Assembly (NCBI GenBank): GCA_001781555.1
Contig: MFLP01000030.1
Coordinates: 16,164 to 54,424 of the forward strand
DNA from: Candidatus Kaiserbacteria bacterium RIFCSPHIGHO2_12_FULL_53_13
Lineage (GTDB): Bacteria > Patescibacteriota > Minisyncoccia > Phycocordibacterales > UBA2100
Direction: 5' to 3'
DNA length: 38,261 nt
Shown here one piece after another: positions 8,598 to 19,037 of the stretch. The first letter of the stretch is position 1, and every line of letters starts with the position of its first letter. The translations under genes were made by a program, and so were the position numbers. The notes under the pieces are model-generated. The model did not search any database. It was not told the origin of the DNA and saw nothing but the letters and a program-made list of their open reading frames with translations.

Positions 8598-9257
8598 ATG
8601 GCCTACCGCAACAGATTAAAAGCCGTGCTCTCCCCCGCCGAGCGTAAAGTTTTTACTGAACTGAACACCGCGCAAAAGATACAAGATTATTTGGATTCCA
8701 TTCCAATTAATTTTGAGGTCAAGGGAGAGACTTATATGTCGTCGAGACGCGTCATTCGAAATCAGACGGCGCATTGCTTTGAAGGTGCTTTGTTTGCGGC
8801 GGCGGCGCTCGCGTATCACGGAGCGCGCCCTCTGCTCCTTGATCTGAGAACGATAGACGAGGATCAGGACCATGTCGTGGCATTATTCCGGCAGAATGGC
8901 CTTTGGGGCGCTATCAGCAAGACCAATCATCCCATATTGCGCTACCGCGACCCCGTGTACCGAAGCGTGCGCGAACTCGCGATGTCGTATTTCCACGAAT
9001 ACCTCTTAGATGACGGTAGAAAATCTTTGCGGGCATACTCACGGCCATTCTCCCTAACACGCTACCCGGTGAAAACATGGGTGACGGCGGAGAAGGACCT
9101 GCATTTCCTAGTTGAGGCGCTCGACAGCTCCCACCACTTCCCCATCGTTCCGGGAAAAACGATGCGATTGTTGCGCAAAGCATCGCGCGTTGAAACGAAA
9201 GCGATGAACATCGTCGAGTGGCCGGAGCTGAAGAAATCTAAGAGCCGCCCGAACTAG
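8598..9257 (+). CDS. Transglutaminase-like (Cys-His) putative cysteine protease
   Basis: AHCFEGALFAA and DHVVALF motifs; TATGAT 7 nt before ATG 8598. Confidence 0.65.
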   Translation: MAYRNRLKAVLSPAERKVFTELNTAQKIQDYLDSIPINFEVKGETYMSSRRVIRNQTAHCFEGALFAAAALAYHGARPLLLDLRTIDEDQDHVVALFRQNGLWGAISKTNHPILRYRDPVYRSVRELAMSYFHEYLLDDGRKSLRAYSRPFSLTRYPVKTWVTAEKDLHFLVEALDSSHHFPIVPGKTMRLLRKASRVETKAMNIVEWPELKKSKSRPN

Positions 9258-10534
9258 AAATAGTTAGTCGGATTAAGGTACCCTGAGAGTGGCGCTATCG
9301 GCATGATGGCATTCGCGCACGGAGTCTTTTGCTTCGTCGCGTCTCCTAGCCGCATTATCTGCGTTGCAGATGAGACATACACGCCGAAATGGAGATGCGG
9401 ACCCGTCGCATATCCTGTCTGCCCGCTGTAGCCGATAAGCTGGCCGGTCCCCACCGATTGCCCCTTGGAGGCGGAAATCTGCGATAGGTGCGCATAGAGC
9501 GTATCTAGGCCATTGCCATGCTGGATGAGTATCCAGCGACCGTATGAATAGCAGCCGCGCACGGAGCCGGTGTCGCCTGTGCCTATCACGGTACCCGTCA
9601 GAGCCGCTCTGACAGGCGTTCCTATCTGCGCACGTAGGTCAATGCCGTTGTGCCCTTTGCCGTTGTACCCGCCGCTTCGCGCGAACGAGGTATCGCCGAA
9701 TTGTTGCGTGACCGCCACTTTGTCGAGCGGCCAATGTAGAATTCCACGTCCTGCCGGCGTGATCTTTGACGGGTCAACCGTGTACTGGAACTTTGTCTGC
9801 AGATCTTGCAGAGCGCTCTCAAAGCTCGCCTTGGCGGCCTGTTTTTGGGCCAAAATTGCCTGGAAGTTCGATTCCTGTGCTTTTGTCTGTTCCAGAAGCT
9901 CGTTCTGCGCTTTGCGTGTCGCATCCAAGGACCCCTGTTGCGTTACCAATGTTTGCTGCTGTTTCAATAGTTGCGCGCGCTTGGTTTCCGCGGCAGTTTT
10001 AGTATCAGTAAGAGACTGCTTCTCGACTGATAGACGGTCTATATCCTCCCGTATTGATTCCTGGAGACTTGCCATTGAATCCGCATCCTGCCAAGCGTCC
10101 GAGATCTGGTCTGAAGACAAAATTGCGATCGAAAGCGGCTGCTGCTCTCCGCGTTCCAGAAGCCGGAGCGATTCGGCAAGGCCTTCCTTATTGTTTTGGA
10201 TCGAGCTTTGCTTGTTCGCGATGCTGGTTGAAAGCTGCCGTATCTGCAATTGCGTCGTATTTATCTGGCTTTTCGTGACGTTGATGGAAGCGGTCAGCTT
10301 CTTACGCTGAAGATCAAGCTGGGCAACCGTGTTCTGCAATGTGTTTTTTTGTTTGATGGTCGCATCAAGCTGCACTTGATACTGCGCTATTTCCTTTTCA
10401 AGCGCCGCTATCTGGGCAGTATTCGAATCTATTTGCTTTTGAAGCTCGTCGGCCGATTGAGCGACTGCAACTAACGGACTAATTAGTACCGCGAAGGTCA
10501 AAAACGCGGCGTATGTTCTCACATAGGTTTTCAT
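9254..10534 (-). CDS. Secreted coiled-coil M23 peptidoglycan DD-endopeptidase (EnvC/CwlO-like architecture)
   Basis: Signal peptide, long Gln-rich coiled coil, intact HNGID, YAHL, GPHLHF motifs. Confidence 0.9.
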   Translation of the reverse strand: MKTYVRTYAAFLTFAVLISPLVAVAQSADELQKQIDSNTAQIAALEKEIAQYQVQLDATIKQKNTLQNTVAQLDLQRKKLTASINVTKSQINTTQLQIRQLSTSIANKQSSIQNNKEGLAESLRLLERGEQQPLSIAILSSDQISDAWQDADSMASLQESIREDIDRLSVEKQSLTDTKTAAETKRAQLLKQQQTLVTQQGSLDATRKAQNELLEQTKAQESNFQAILAQKQAAKASFESALQDLQTKFQYTVDPSKITPAGRGILHWPLDKVAVTQQFGDTSFARSGGYNGKGHNGIDLRAQIGTPVRAALTGTVIGTGDTGSVRGCYSYGRWILIQHGNGLDTLYAHLSQISASKGQSVGTGQLIGYSGQTGYATGPHLHFGVYVSSATQIMRLGDATKQKTPCANAIMPIAPLSGYLNPTNYF

Positions 10535-11889
10535 GCATTGCCTAAAATACTTATCGCCGAATTGATACGCCTTAATGTTGGCTCTTTACCTATTATGGCA
10601 GCGACTTCAAAAGGGTCTGGCGAGCGGGCTCGTCCCGTTAGAGCGTAGCGGAAAGGCCACAAGACGGCACCTCTCCCCTCTTTTGTGGCATAGCTCCATA
10701 CCGCCTCTTTTATTTTGTTTTGGTCCGCAAACAATTCATTCGGCGAATCAGCCAGGATTTTATTAATCGTATCGAGATGTCGCGCTGCATTTGCGGGATC
10801 CTTACCCTTCTCTGGTATTTCTGCACGATCCAGTTTTGGATCTGTGAAAAAGTAGTCGAATTCCCCTTCCGAAACAAGTGCGCGCAGGTCCTCCCATACG
10901 CTTATGCGTTCGCGCACAAGAGTTACTAATGAGCGCCCGACGTTTTCGCTCCAGGCAACGCCGCGAACGTCGAGCGTCTCCGCCATGATCCGCATGGTCT
11001 CGTTTGCAAATATTTTCTCCGGCATCTTGGTGAGATATTGCCTGTTGAACCACCGCAATTTTTCGATGTCGAACACGGCCCCGCTTCTATGCAGGTCCTC
11101 TATATTGAATTCTTTTATCATATCGTTAAGGTCCATGACCTCCCTTCCGGAAGGCGGAGTCCATCCAAGAAGAGCAATGTAATTCAATAGGGCCTGCGGC
11201 AAATACCCCTTTTCTCGATAGTCCCGAACGGAAACGTCTCCTTTGCGCTTTGAAAGTTTTGATTTGTCAGCAGCCAAATGCAGTGGATAGTGCGCATATT
11301 GAGGACGCGCCAGCCCTAAGGCTTCTTGTATGAGTATTTGCCGCGGAGTGTTCGAGATATGCTCCTCGCCGCGTATAACATGCGTTATGCTCATCTCCGC
11401 GTCGTCGGCGACGACTGCGAAATGATACAAAGGGTCCACGACAGAGCGCGCGATAGCGAAATCCTTCAATTCGGCGGTGTCAAAGGTTATATCTCCGCGG
11501 ATGAGATCGTGGAATGTTATCAGAGTTCCGGGGTTCCTAAGTCGAACGACGCTTGCCATCTTTCCCGGTTCTTTTTTGCTCTCCTCCACGGAAATATAAG
11601 CCTTGTCGGCATTGATAAGCTGTTCCAGATATTTCTTATATATAAGAGTGCGCTCGGACTGTCTATAAAACTCTTCCCACTCAAGGCCGAGCCACTTCAG
11701 AGATTCAATGATGTCCTCTTCGTATGCCGCGTTGCTCCGTTCCTTGTCGGTATCTTCACTGCGAAAGATTATCTGGCCGCCATGTCTGCGTGCGAACAGG
11801 AAATTCAATATAGCCATGCGCGCAGTGCCGACATGACAGAAGCCCGTCGGACTCGGAGGAATACGAACACGAACAAGCCCGCTCTTCAT
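10531..11889 (-). CDS. gltX: Glutamate--tRNA ligase
   Basis: PSPTGFCHVG, RSEDTD, THVIRGEEH, KLSKR, anticodon domain. Confidence 0.96.
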   Translation of the reverse strand: MKSGLVRVRIPPSPTGFCHVGTARMAILNFLFARRHGGQIIFRSEDTDKERSNAAYEEDIIESLKWLGLEWEEFYRQSERTLIYKKYLEQLINADKAYISVEESKKEPGKMASVVRLRNPGTLITFHDLIRGDITFDTAELKDFAIARSVVDPLYHFAVVADDAEMSITHVIRGEEHISNTPRQILIQEALGLARPQYAHYPLHLAADKSKLSKRKGDVSVRDYREKGYLPQALLNYIALLGWTPPSGREVMDLNDMIKEFNIEDLHRSGAVFDIEKLRWFNRQYLTKMPEKIFANETMRIMAETLDVRGVAWSENVGRSLVTLVRERISVWEDLRALVSEGEFDYFFTDPKLDRAEIPEKGKDPANAARHLDTINKILADSPNELFADQNKIKEAVWSYATKEGRGAVLWPFRYALTGRARSPDPFEVAAIIGKEPTLRRINSAISILGNA

Positions 11890-13028
11890 ACCGCTTCGTG
11901 CTCCAACGCGGTTTCAACGATGATCTCCGCGATCTTACGAGCGCTTTGCGGACGAGCGAATTCGCGCGCCGCATCAGACATCTTCTTCTGCAGTTCTTTA
12001 TTTCCTGTAATGCGTTCGATTTCTGCGACAAGTAGATGCGGAGTGAGATTGCGCTGTTCTACGATGACCGCGGCGCCTCCGCGCGCGTACGAATATGCAT
12101 TTTCCGTCTGATCGTGGGAAATGTCATCCGGCAGAGGAATGAGTATTGAAGGTATTCCCCAACAGGCAATTTCGAAAATTGTGCCGCTGCCTGCGCGCGC
12201 GATTATAAGCGAGGCGATACCCGCTGTCATGCGCATGGAAAGCGTGTTCAATAATCCGAAAGCACGATAGCGTTTATCAAAGGAAGAACTTTCGAGGACA
12301 AGCCGGGAGATTTTCCTCGTCTCGTCCTGATTAGCGGTACCTGTTTGATGGACGACGTTATAGTGTTTGACTAATTCCGGCAGAGCGTCCAAAACCGCGT
12401 CATTTATAGCTTTGGCCCCTTGAGAGCCGCCCATGATGAATATGGTCGGAACCGAATCCTCAAGTTTCAGAAACTCATGACCCCCTTCATGCGCTACGGC
12501 TTCAATTTCCTTGCGAATAGGATGTCCTACCCTGGCTATGCGGCTCCGGACCTTATCCGGAAATTTTGTTGCGGCATCCGGATGAGCAACTGCGATCCAT
12601 CTGGCGAATTTTGACGACCAGACCGATACGCGTCCAGGAGTTGCGTCGGCATCGTAGATAACGACGGGTATGCGCAATATCCATGCGGCGAATAGCGTCG
12701 GATATGCGGCAAATCCCCCTGTCGAGAACACAACGTCCGGATAAATCCTGAAAAGATTGACCGTACCGCTTATAATGCCCCATGCCGTTTTGAAAATATC
12801 AAAGAAATTTAAAATACTCGCATATCGCCTCATCCGCCCTGCCTGGTTCTTCACATACACGATGTCGTGCTCGTGCAGGGCTGCAGTATCAAAGACATCT
12901 GGGCCTATATAGAAAAGCTCTGGCTCGATCAACGTGCGCTCCTTTGCCAGATCCTCGATAGCTTCAGAGACTGCGATAAGCGGATAGAAATGTCCTCCAG
13001 TCCCCCCGCCGGTTAGTGCGATTTTCAT
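11886..13028 (-). CDS. murG: Lipid II GlcNAc transferase MurG
   Basis: TGGGTGGHFYP, STGGF, GGSQGA, RAGSGT, HDQ..NA. Confidence 0.96.
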   Translation of the reverse strand: MKIALTGGGTGGHFYPLIAVSEAIEDLAKERTLIEPELFYIGPDVFDTAALHEHDIVYVKNQAGRMRRYASILNFFDIFKTAWGIISGTVNLFRIYPDVVFSTGGFAAYPTLFAAWILRIPVVIYDADATPGRVSVWSSKFARWIAVAHPDAATKFPDKVRSRIARVGHPIRKEIEAVAHEGGHEFLKLEDSVPTIFIMGGSQGAKAINDAVLDALPELVKHYNVVHQTGTANQDETRKISRLVLESSSFDKRYRAFGLLNTLSMRMTAGIASLIIARAGSGTIFEIACWGIPSILIPLPDDISHDQTENAYSYARGGAAVIVEQRNLTPHLLVAEIERITGNKELQKKMSDAAREFARPQSARKIAEIIVETALEHEAV

Positions 13029-13076
13029 CAGCTTATTGTATCTCCATGATGCTCATTTTCAAATCTACGCTGCACA

Positions 13077-14183
13077 TCATCTCTTTGTGCTATGCCTGGA
13101 TACGCTCAGCAATATTCCAGCGCTTGCAAGCGATACGAGCATGGCACTGCCGCCTTGACTGACGAATGTAAGAGGTATGCCGGTCAATGGCGCCATACCG
13201 AGCATGGCGGCGATATTGATCAGCGCCTCGCTTCCGAGATATGTTGAGATCCCGACGGCTAGAAGACCGCCAAACATGTCGGGAGTATGCGCGGCTACCG
13301 CGAACCCGCGAAGCGTGAACGCCAGAAATAGGAATATTATTGAAATTCCGCCTAAAAATCCGAGCTCCTCAGCAGCTACGGCAAATATGGAATCACCCAT
13401 AGGTTCAGGCAAGTAGGTAAATTTCTGTACTCCTTGACCGAATCCGCGGCCGGTGAGACCGCCGGAGCCGATGGCTATAAGAGATTGCTTTATCTGATAT
13501 CCCTCGGCTTGTTGATTTTGAGATGGATAGAAGAATGTCATTACCCGGTCGCGCATGTACGGTCTGTAGAGCATGAGAATGCCAAGCGCGAGAGGCACGA
13601 TGCACAGGACGATGAAAATGTGCCGCCATGGAGCGCCTGAGGAGATAAAGATAGCGAACACGCTTGCTGTGATTATGCCAAGAGTCCCGATGTCCGGCTG
13701 TAATACGAGAAGAACCGCAGGAATCGCGATAATTCCTAAGAATCCGCCAAGGCCGTACTTGAGAGATTGAATGTTGGAACGTATCGCTACAAAATATGCA
13801 GCGGCCATGATTATCGCGCCTAATTTCAATGCTTCCGATGGCTGGAAAGACATTCCAAAAAGGTCAATCCAGCGTCTGCCGCCGCCATGCTCAATACCTA
13901 GTTGTGGTACGAAGACCAGAGCGGTTGCTGCAAGTGCGAGAACGAAAATGTACGGCGCGAACCGGCGCCATCGCCGGTAATCTATATTGCTGGTGACGAC
14001 AAGGGCTATGACGCCTATCCCGATGCCTAATATGAGATGGTTAAACACGACCGAAGTGATGTTTCCGAATCCGCGAGCCAGCAGTCCGAATGCTGCAGAA
14101 GAGAAAACAAGAGCCCCGCAAACGACAAGCACAAAAACTAGAAGTGCAAGAGGCCTGTCTACATGCGATGCTCGTTTTTTCAT
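13077..14183 (-). CDS. ftsW: SEDS peptidoglycan glycosyltransferase FtsW
   Basis: About 10 TMs, RRWI, FQPSE, QPDIG, GYQ..QS..AIGSGG, YLPE, TGIPL.FVSQGGS; lies between mraY and murG. Confidence 0.93.
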   Translation of the reverse strand: MKKRASHVDRPLALLVFVLVVCGALVFSSAAFGLLARGFGNITSVVFNHLILGIGIGVIALVVTSNIDYRRWRRFAPYIFVLALAATALVFVPQLGIEHGGGRRWIDLFGMSFQPSEALKLGAIIMAAAYFVAIRSNIQSLKYGLGGFLGIIAIPAVLLVLQPDIGTLGIITASVFAIFISSGAPWRHIFIVLCIVPLALGILMLYRPYMRDRVMTFFYPSQNQQAEGYQIKQSLIAIGSGGLTGRGFGQGVQKFTYLPEPMGDSIFAVAAEELGFLGGISIIFLFLAFTLRGFAVAAHTPDMFGGLLAVGISTYLGSEALINIAAMLGMAPLTGIPLTFVSQGGSAMLVSLASAGILLSVSRHSTKR

Positions 14184-14211
14184 GGTTCAGATCGGATCTC
14201 GCGCGTATTCG

Positions 14212-15273
14212 TTATACGGAAATTATCGCAATGATCACTCCTGCGAAAGCAAAGACGACCGAAAGCACCCAATAACGCATGACGACTTTATATCCCGGCC
14301 AGCCGATCGCCTCGAAATGATGATGCAGGGGCGCGATGCGCAGGAGTTTTTTTCCGAAGAATCTTTTTGAAAGAACTTGTGCGATATCTGATGCAACTGT
14401 TGCGACAAGAAGCCCGCCGATTATGGGCAAGACCGCGATACCCACTCCTCCACCCAAACTGTCTGTCATGAACGCAATGACGGCTATCGTAAGCGTCAGC
14501 GCCATTGTTCCGGTGTCTGACATATAAAAACGCGCAGGCGGAATGTTGAACCACAAGAATGCGAGCAGACCGCCGACTACGGACGCCGAGAAAGCGGCAA
14601 GGTCTATCTGATTCTGCGCGAAAGCGATGATGGCGTACGATGCGAAAACGGAAGCAAATACGCCGCCCGATAGACCGTCAATCCCGTCTATAACTCCGGA
14701 AGCATACACGGCAAGCGAGACGAGGACGAAGAGAGGTATTATGAGCCATCCTATTCCGATCGGGTTTCCAAATGGGATATTGACAGTGCTTACGTCGAGT
14801 TTTGCCCAAAACCACCAGCCGATATAAATGGAAAGAAGGACCACGACGAGAAGCCGCAGACGCAGCGGTAGACCGACGCCATTCTGCCGTATAACGAGAA
14901 TGTCATCTACAAGACCGGCGAGGGCTCCTATGATGAGCGCGGCCAGCGGGATCCAAGTTTGATTGCGGCTTAAGAAATCGAGCTTGAGGATTTCCGCACT
15001 GGGAACGAATTTTGCAACAACGGCTATTCCGATGATAGTGATCAATACGCTTCCCCATACGACGATCCCGCCCATGCGCGGAGCCCTTACCTCGTTTTTC
15101 TCGTGGAGACGGTTGAATTCGACTGCACTCGAACCGTCAAGCGCGGTCTTACCCGGGCTCTTTTTCCAGGCCTTATATCTATAGAGATAATGGGTCAGCA
15201 ATGGAGTGGCTATAATGCCTATAGCAAAAGAAGCGGTGGCAGGAACGAGCACTCTCACTATATCGGATAGCAT
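14212..15273 (-). CDS. mraY: Phospho-N-acetylmuramoyl-pentapeptide transferase
   Basis: PRMGG, GLVDD, DGIDGL, FLWFN.PPA.FYMSDTG, APLHHHFE. Confidence 0.95.
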   Translation of the reverse strand: MLSDIVRVLVPATASFAIGIIATPLLTHYLYRYKAWKKSPGKTALDGSSAVEFNRLHEKNEVRAPRMGGIVVWGSVLITIIGIAVVAKFVPSAEILKLDFLSRNQTWIPLAALIIGALAGLVDDILVIRQNGVGLPLRLRLLVVVLLSIYIGWWFWAKLDVSTVNIPFGNPIGIGWLIIPLFVLVSLAVYASGVIDGIDGLSGGVFASVFASYAIIAFAQNQIDLAAFSASVVGGLLAFLWFNIPPARFYMSDTGTMALTLTIAVIAFMTDSLGGGVGIAVLPIIGGLLVATVASDIAQVLSKRFFGKKLLRIAPLHHHFEAIGWPGYKVVMRYWVLSVVFAFAGVIIAIISV

Positions 15274-15310
15274 TTGGACATTGTACGGCTTTCAGGGGCG
15301 GCAGTAAACG

Positions 15311-16318
15311 CTATCTTTCCATGGAAATTATCTGACGCGCTCTCTCTACGAGTTGCTTCATATCTTTAAAGCGCCCTTCACGGGTCGAACCGAGTACGAC
15401 AGCGACAACTGGGTGAGCTGGCGCCACGTCAAAGACAACGGCGAGGTTCCCACCCGCGAGGTCAGTTATGCCAGTTTTGCCCATTATTAGGCCCGGTATG
15501 TCGCGTACCGCCTCATTCGTGTTATACGCCACCGTCCTCCCCTTCCCGTTCGAAGATTTCAGGATTATTCCGCTCTCTGCAGTTTCATTGAAAATCGAAG
15601 ACTGCGAAGAAGATACGGCATATGCGTAAAGAGTTGCAATATCGCGTGCTGAGCCATATGCGCCGGATAATGTCGTGCTTTCGTCTAATCCGCTCACGTT
15701 CAGGAAATAAGTGTGCGTTAGCCCGAGCTCGCGCGCGACATCGTTCATTCGCCATACCGCCGCGGAGCCCGCTGGAGCATCGGGATATCGGGCTCTTATG
15801 GCGCTGTCTGCCGCTTCCGCAAGGATCTCGGCGCCAGCGTTCGAAGAAGCTACAAGTGTAAAATCAATTATATCTTGGATGCGCCATTTCTCGCCTTTTG
15901 CAAGCCGCTCGATGCTTCCCTGAGGCGCAGTATCGCGCGGTATCGTCACGATCGTGTCCGGCGATAATACTTCCGACACCACAAGCGCCAATGGGATCTT
16001 TACAAGAGAGGCGAGTGGTAATTGCACGTCCGGATTGTAGGCATAAAGCGTAGCGTTGTCTTTTAGATCTATTACGATAGCACTTTTTGCCGAGTGAGAG
16101 AGGTCCGCGAAGATCTTTTCAGCTGCAACCGCTGGCGATGCGACCGCCGTTCTTGGTTCTACAGGAAGTTCGGTAGATTTATATTCAAATGCGACAGTTA
16201 CAAGTGTCAATGTTAGCAATGCAAAGCTCAGCGTCCTTATAGCGGCTGTTTTTTCAGTTTTCTGCGGCAGTTCCCTCTCGCTGAGCGGGGCTGTTTCTTG
16301 TGTCGTCCAGATCTCCAT
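15311..16318 (-). CDS. D-alanyl-D-alanine carboxypeptidase (S11)
   Basis: SxxK (SLVK), SxN (SSN), KTG; N-terminal TM; start overlaps the scpB end. Confidence 0.88.
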   Translation of the reverse strand: MEIWTTQETAPLSERELPQKTEKTAAIRTLSFALLTLTLVTVAFEYKSTELPVEPRTAVASPAVAAEKIFADLSHSAKSAIVIDLKDNATLYAYNPDVQLPLASLVKIPLALVVSEVLSPDTIVTIPRDTAPQGSIERLAKGEKWRIQDIIDFTLVASSNAGAEILAEAADSAIRARYPDAPAGSAAVWRMNDVARELGLTHTYFLNVSGLDESTTLSGAYGSARDIATLYAYAVSSSQSSIFNETAESGIILKSSNGKGRTVAYNTNEAVRDIPGLIMGKTGITDLAGGNLAVVFDVAPAHPVVAVVLGSTREGRFKDMKQLVERARQIISMER

Positions 16319-16883
16319 GCTCTGTTTTTAATGATTTCTGTGCGGTCTCAAATGAAGCTAATTCACTCGTTATTTTAGCATATTCCGGCAATTTTGACAC
16401 ATCGGTCACCCCCAGATGAGCCAAAAGCTCTACAGTGCAGCGATAGAGATATTCTCGCGCATCTTTCGGGTTATTTTCACGCACGGCAAGTCCGCGCGCC
16501 AAAAGCGTTCGAAGAGTCGAGCTTGTATTCACTCCGCGTATGTAATCAATTTCCGCGCGCGTGGATGGCCCGCGATATAAAAGTATCGCCAGCACTTCAA
16601 GGCCAGCATCTCCTATTTCACGTCCCAGTTCGCGTTCGTACGCAGCTTCTACAGAGTCGGCAGCTTCCGGAGAAACAGATAATCCTGCCTCGGTGTCAGT
16701 GCGTATAAGCGACACGCCGCTTTGCGAGAGCCGATCTCTAAGTTGCTGCAAACCGGCGACCAACTCCGCCTGACTGCATCCTATTAGTTGAGCGAGTTTG
16801 CGAAGCGAGAGCACACCGCCCTCTGCGAAGAGAAATGCTCCTGCCTTTGTCGCGACATCCGATATTTGTTGTTGTGAATTCAT
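16254..16883 (-). CDS. scpB: SMC-Scp complex subunit ScpB
   Basis: LEVLAILLYRGP.TRAEIDYIRGVN motif; follows scpA. Confidence 0.93.
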   Translation of the reverse strand: MNSQQQISDVATKAGAFLFAEGGVLSLRKLAQLIGCSQAELVAGLQQLRDRLSQSGVSLIRTDTEAGLSVSPEAADSVEAAYERELGREIGDAGLEVLAILLYRGPSTRAEIDYIRGVNTSSTLRTLLARGLAVRENNPKDAREYLYRCTVELLAHLGVTDVSKLPEYAKITSELASFETAQKSLKTEHGDLDDTRNSPAQREGTAAEN

Positions 16884-16912
16884 CTATTACTTTTTATATC
16901 TTCTAATTATCA

Positions 16913-17638
16913 TCACGCTCCATATCTCGGCGCTGCGAGCGTCTCGGTCTCTAGGGTTATTTCACTGAAAAGGCGCTCCTGCGTGGCGCTCACTGAGCCG
17001 GAACGGACAAGTTCCAGGACCGCAAGGAAATATACTATGACCTCATGCCTGTCCCCGAGGCTGGCAAGCTCGCTGAAACGCGCCCGAGCCGCTTTCGTAA
17101 GACGGTTCTTGAGGCGGATTATAACTTCCTCAAGAGCAAGCACTGGCGCGACGGCGGCTTCTGCAAGTTCCTGAGGCTTGGGCAGTGTGCCCATGAGACG
17201 CATCGCCGCATTTACTATTCCTCCGACCCCTGTTTCTCCAGGAACGAAAACCGGAGTGCGTGCAGGAACACGCTTCGGGAAAAGCAAAGGCGCTCTCCCC
17301 CACTCCCGCCTCAAGATCTTGGTGGTGGAGCGGATTATTCTATATCGCGCCAACCTACGTTCAAGCTCCTCAACGCTTTCTCGTTCATTTTCGGAAAGTT
17401 GTAGGGTCGGCAGTAACGAGCGCGACTTGATGAGAAGCAGTGTGGAGGCGATAAGAATAAATTGAGCGGTCTCCCCTAGCGGAAGGTTCGGCAATTTCTC
17501 GACATATGCGAGATATGTGTCCGTGACCTCGGCGAGTGAAATATCGGAAATGGAGAGCCTGCGTTCCTCGATAAGATTCAGGAGTGTTTCCAGGGGTCCG
17601 GCGAACGCCTCCGTGGCAACGCTATATTTATCTATCAT
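16913..17638 (-). CDS. scpA: Segregation/condensation protein A (kleisin)
   Basis: FAGPLETLLNLI, LLLIKSRSLLP, FLAVLEL, Q..LFSEI. Confidence 0.93.
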   Translation of the reverse strand: MIDKYSVATEAFAGPLETLLNLIEERRLSISDISLAEVTDTYLAYVEKLPNLPLGETAQFILIASTLLLIKSRSLLPTLQLSENERESVEELERRLARYRIIRSTTKILRREWGRAPLLFPKRVPARTPVFVPGETGVGGIVNAAMRLMGTLPKPQELAEAAVAPVLALEEVIIRLKNRLTKAARARFSELASLGDRHEVIVYFLAVLELVRSGSVSATQERLFSEITLETETLAAPRYGA

Positions 17639-17639
17639 G

Positions 17640-18995
17640 TTAGAGCGAGAGCCGTACATCAATGCGGTTCAGGTCACGCGGGAAAGCGGACGCCTCTTTC
17701 ACATTCGGCAGTTCGAGCATGCGGGCGGTAATGCGCTCCACTCCCGTGGACGAGCCGCCATGCGGAGGAAGTCCGTACTTGAATGCTTGGAGGTAGAAAG
17801 AATATTTCTCAGGATCCAGCCCGCGCGAACGCATGCGTTCAACGAGCATTGCGTGGTCATGTATGCGCTGTGATCCGCTGTTTATTTCAAGACCACGGAA
17901 AAGAAGGTCGAAACTGCGGGAATACGGGGCATCTGCAGGGTCCTCATATGTATAGAATGCACGACTCGCGGTTGGAAAATCAGTAATGAATACAAAATCC
18001 GATTTGTGCTCTTTCTTTGCCCATTCACAAATTTGGCGCTCATGCTCCGGCTCCATATCAGGCATTTCCGGGACTCCGAGTATTTTATGCGCTTCGCGCA
18101 GTTTCAATATCGGTATTGAACTCGGGATAAGAGGCACATCGACTTTAAAGCGCGCGAATATGTCCGGATGATTTTCCTTTACAGTCTGCACGACATCATG
18201 TATCGCGCGCTCCAGAACTCCCATGGGATCGCGGTGATCTTTTATGAAGCCCATCTCAAAATCCACGCACGTGAGCTCGCTCAAGTGGCGCGTGGTCGCG
18301 TGTTTTTCGCCGCGAAAGACTTTTGCAACAGTAAACGCACGCTCGAACGGCCCAACCATTATCTGTTTGTAGAATTGCGGCGAGGTCGCGAGGAATGCCG
18401 TCGTATCGTAATAGTAGTCCACCTTGAACGCTGCCGCTCCGCCCTCCGCGTCTCCTCCTACCAAGGACGGCGCCTGGAATTCTGTGAATTCCATTGCGCG
18501 GAGAGATGCGCGATATGCCTCAACGATAGTCGCCTGCAGTGTGAATATGTCTCGGCTTTTCTCCGTTCGCAGCGTCAAAGGCAAGTAATCGAAGTGAGTG
18601 TCGATGTTGACCTCGGCATCCAATTCGAATGGCAGCTCATGCGCCGCTGAAAGAACCTCTATATTCAGGGCCGATACCTCAAGCATTCCGCAAAGCGTAT
18701 CGGTCCTCATGTTCTCCGGGCGCTCTTTTACGGTCCCTTCAATGCACACGACCCACTGCGCACGCAACTGCTTTGCCGTTTCTAATGCGGCGGACTCTTT
18801 CGGTGTCACGACAACTTGCACTTCCCCGCTGCGATCGCGTATGTCCAGAAAAATCAACTTCCCGTGGTCGCGTCTGACGGAAACCCATCCTCGGATTTCC
18901 ACTTGCTTCCCGATACTTTTCGGTAGGTCTCTTATAATAGTTCTTTCCACCCCATTAGAGGCACTCTCGGTTTTATGCATACGGTTATCTATCAT
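17640..18995 (-). CDS. aspS: Aspartate--tRNA(Asp/Asn) ligase, short archaeal-like type
   Basis: OB fold RDHGKLIF.D.RD, EGGA, SPQFYKQ, FRGE...RHL.E, EINSGSQRIH, PPHGG; about 450 aa with no GAD insertion; start may be 18980. Confidence 0.9.
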   Translation of the reverse strand: MIDNRMHKTESASNGVERTIIRDLPKSIGKQVEIRGWVSVRRDHGKLIFLDIRDRSGEVQVVVTPKESAALETAKQLRAQWVVCIEGTVKERPENMRTDTLCGMLEVSALNIEVLSAAHELPFELDAEVNIDTHFDYLPLTLRTEKSRDIFTLQATIVEAYRASLRAMEFTEFQAPSLVGGDAEGGAAAFKVDYYYDTTAFLATSPQFYKQIMVGPFERAFTVAKVFRGEKHATTRHLSELTCVDFEMGFIKDHRDPMGVLERAIHDVVQTVKENHPDIFARFKVDVPLIPSSIPILKLREAHKILGVPEMPDMEPEHERQICEWAKKEHKSDFVFITDFPTASRAFYTYEDPADAPYSRSFDLLFRGLEINSGSQRIHDHAMLVERMRSRGLDPEKYSFYLQAFKYGLPPHGGSSTGVERITARMLELPNVKEASAFPRDLNRIDVRLSL

Positions 18996-19037
18996 ACATC
19001 AATTACTCCTTTGAAGCCTCTAACGGGGTAAATATTT

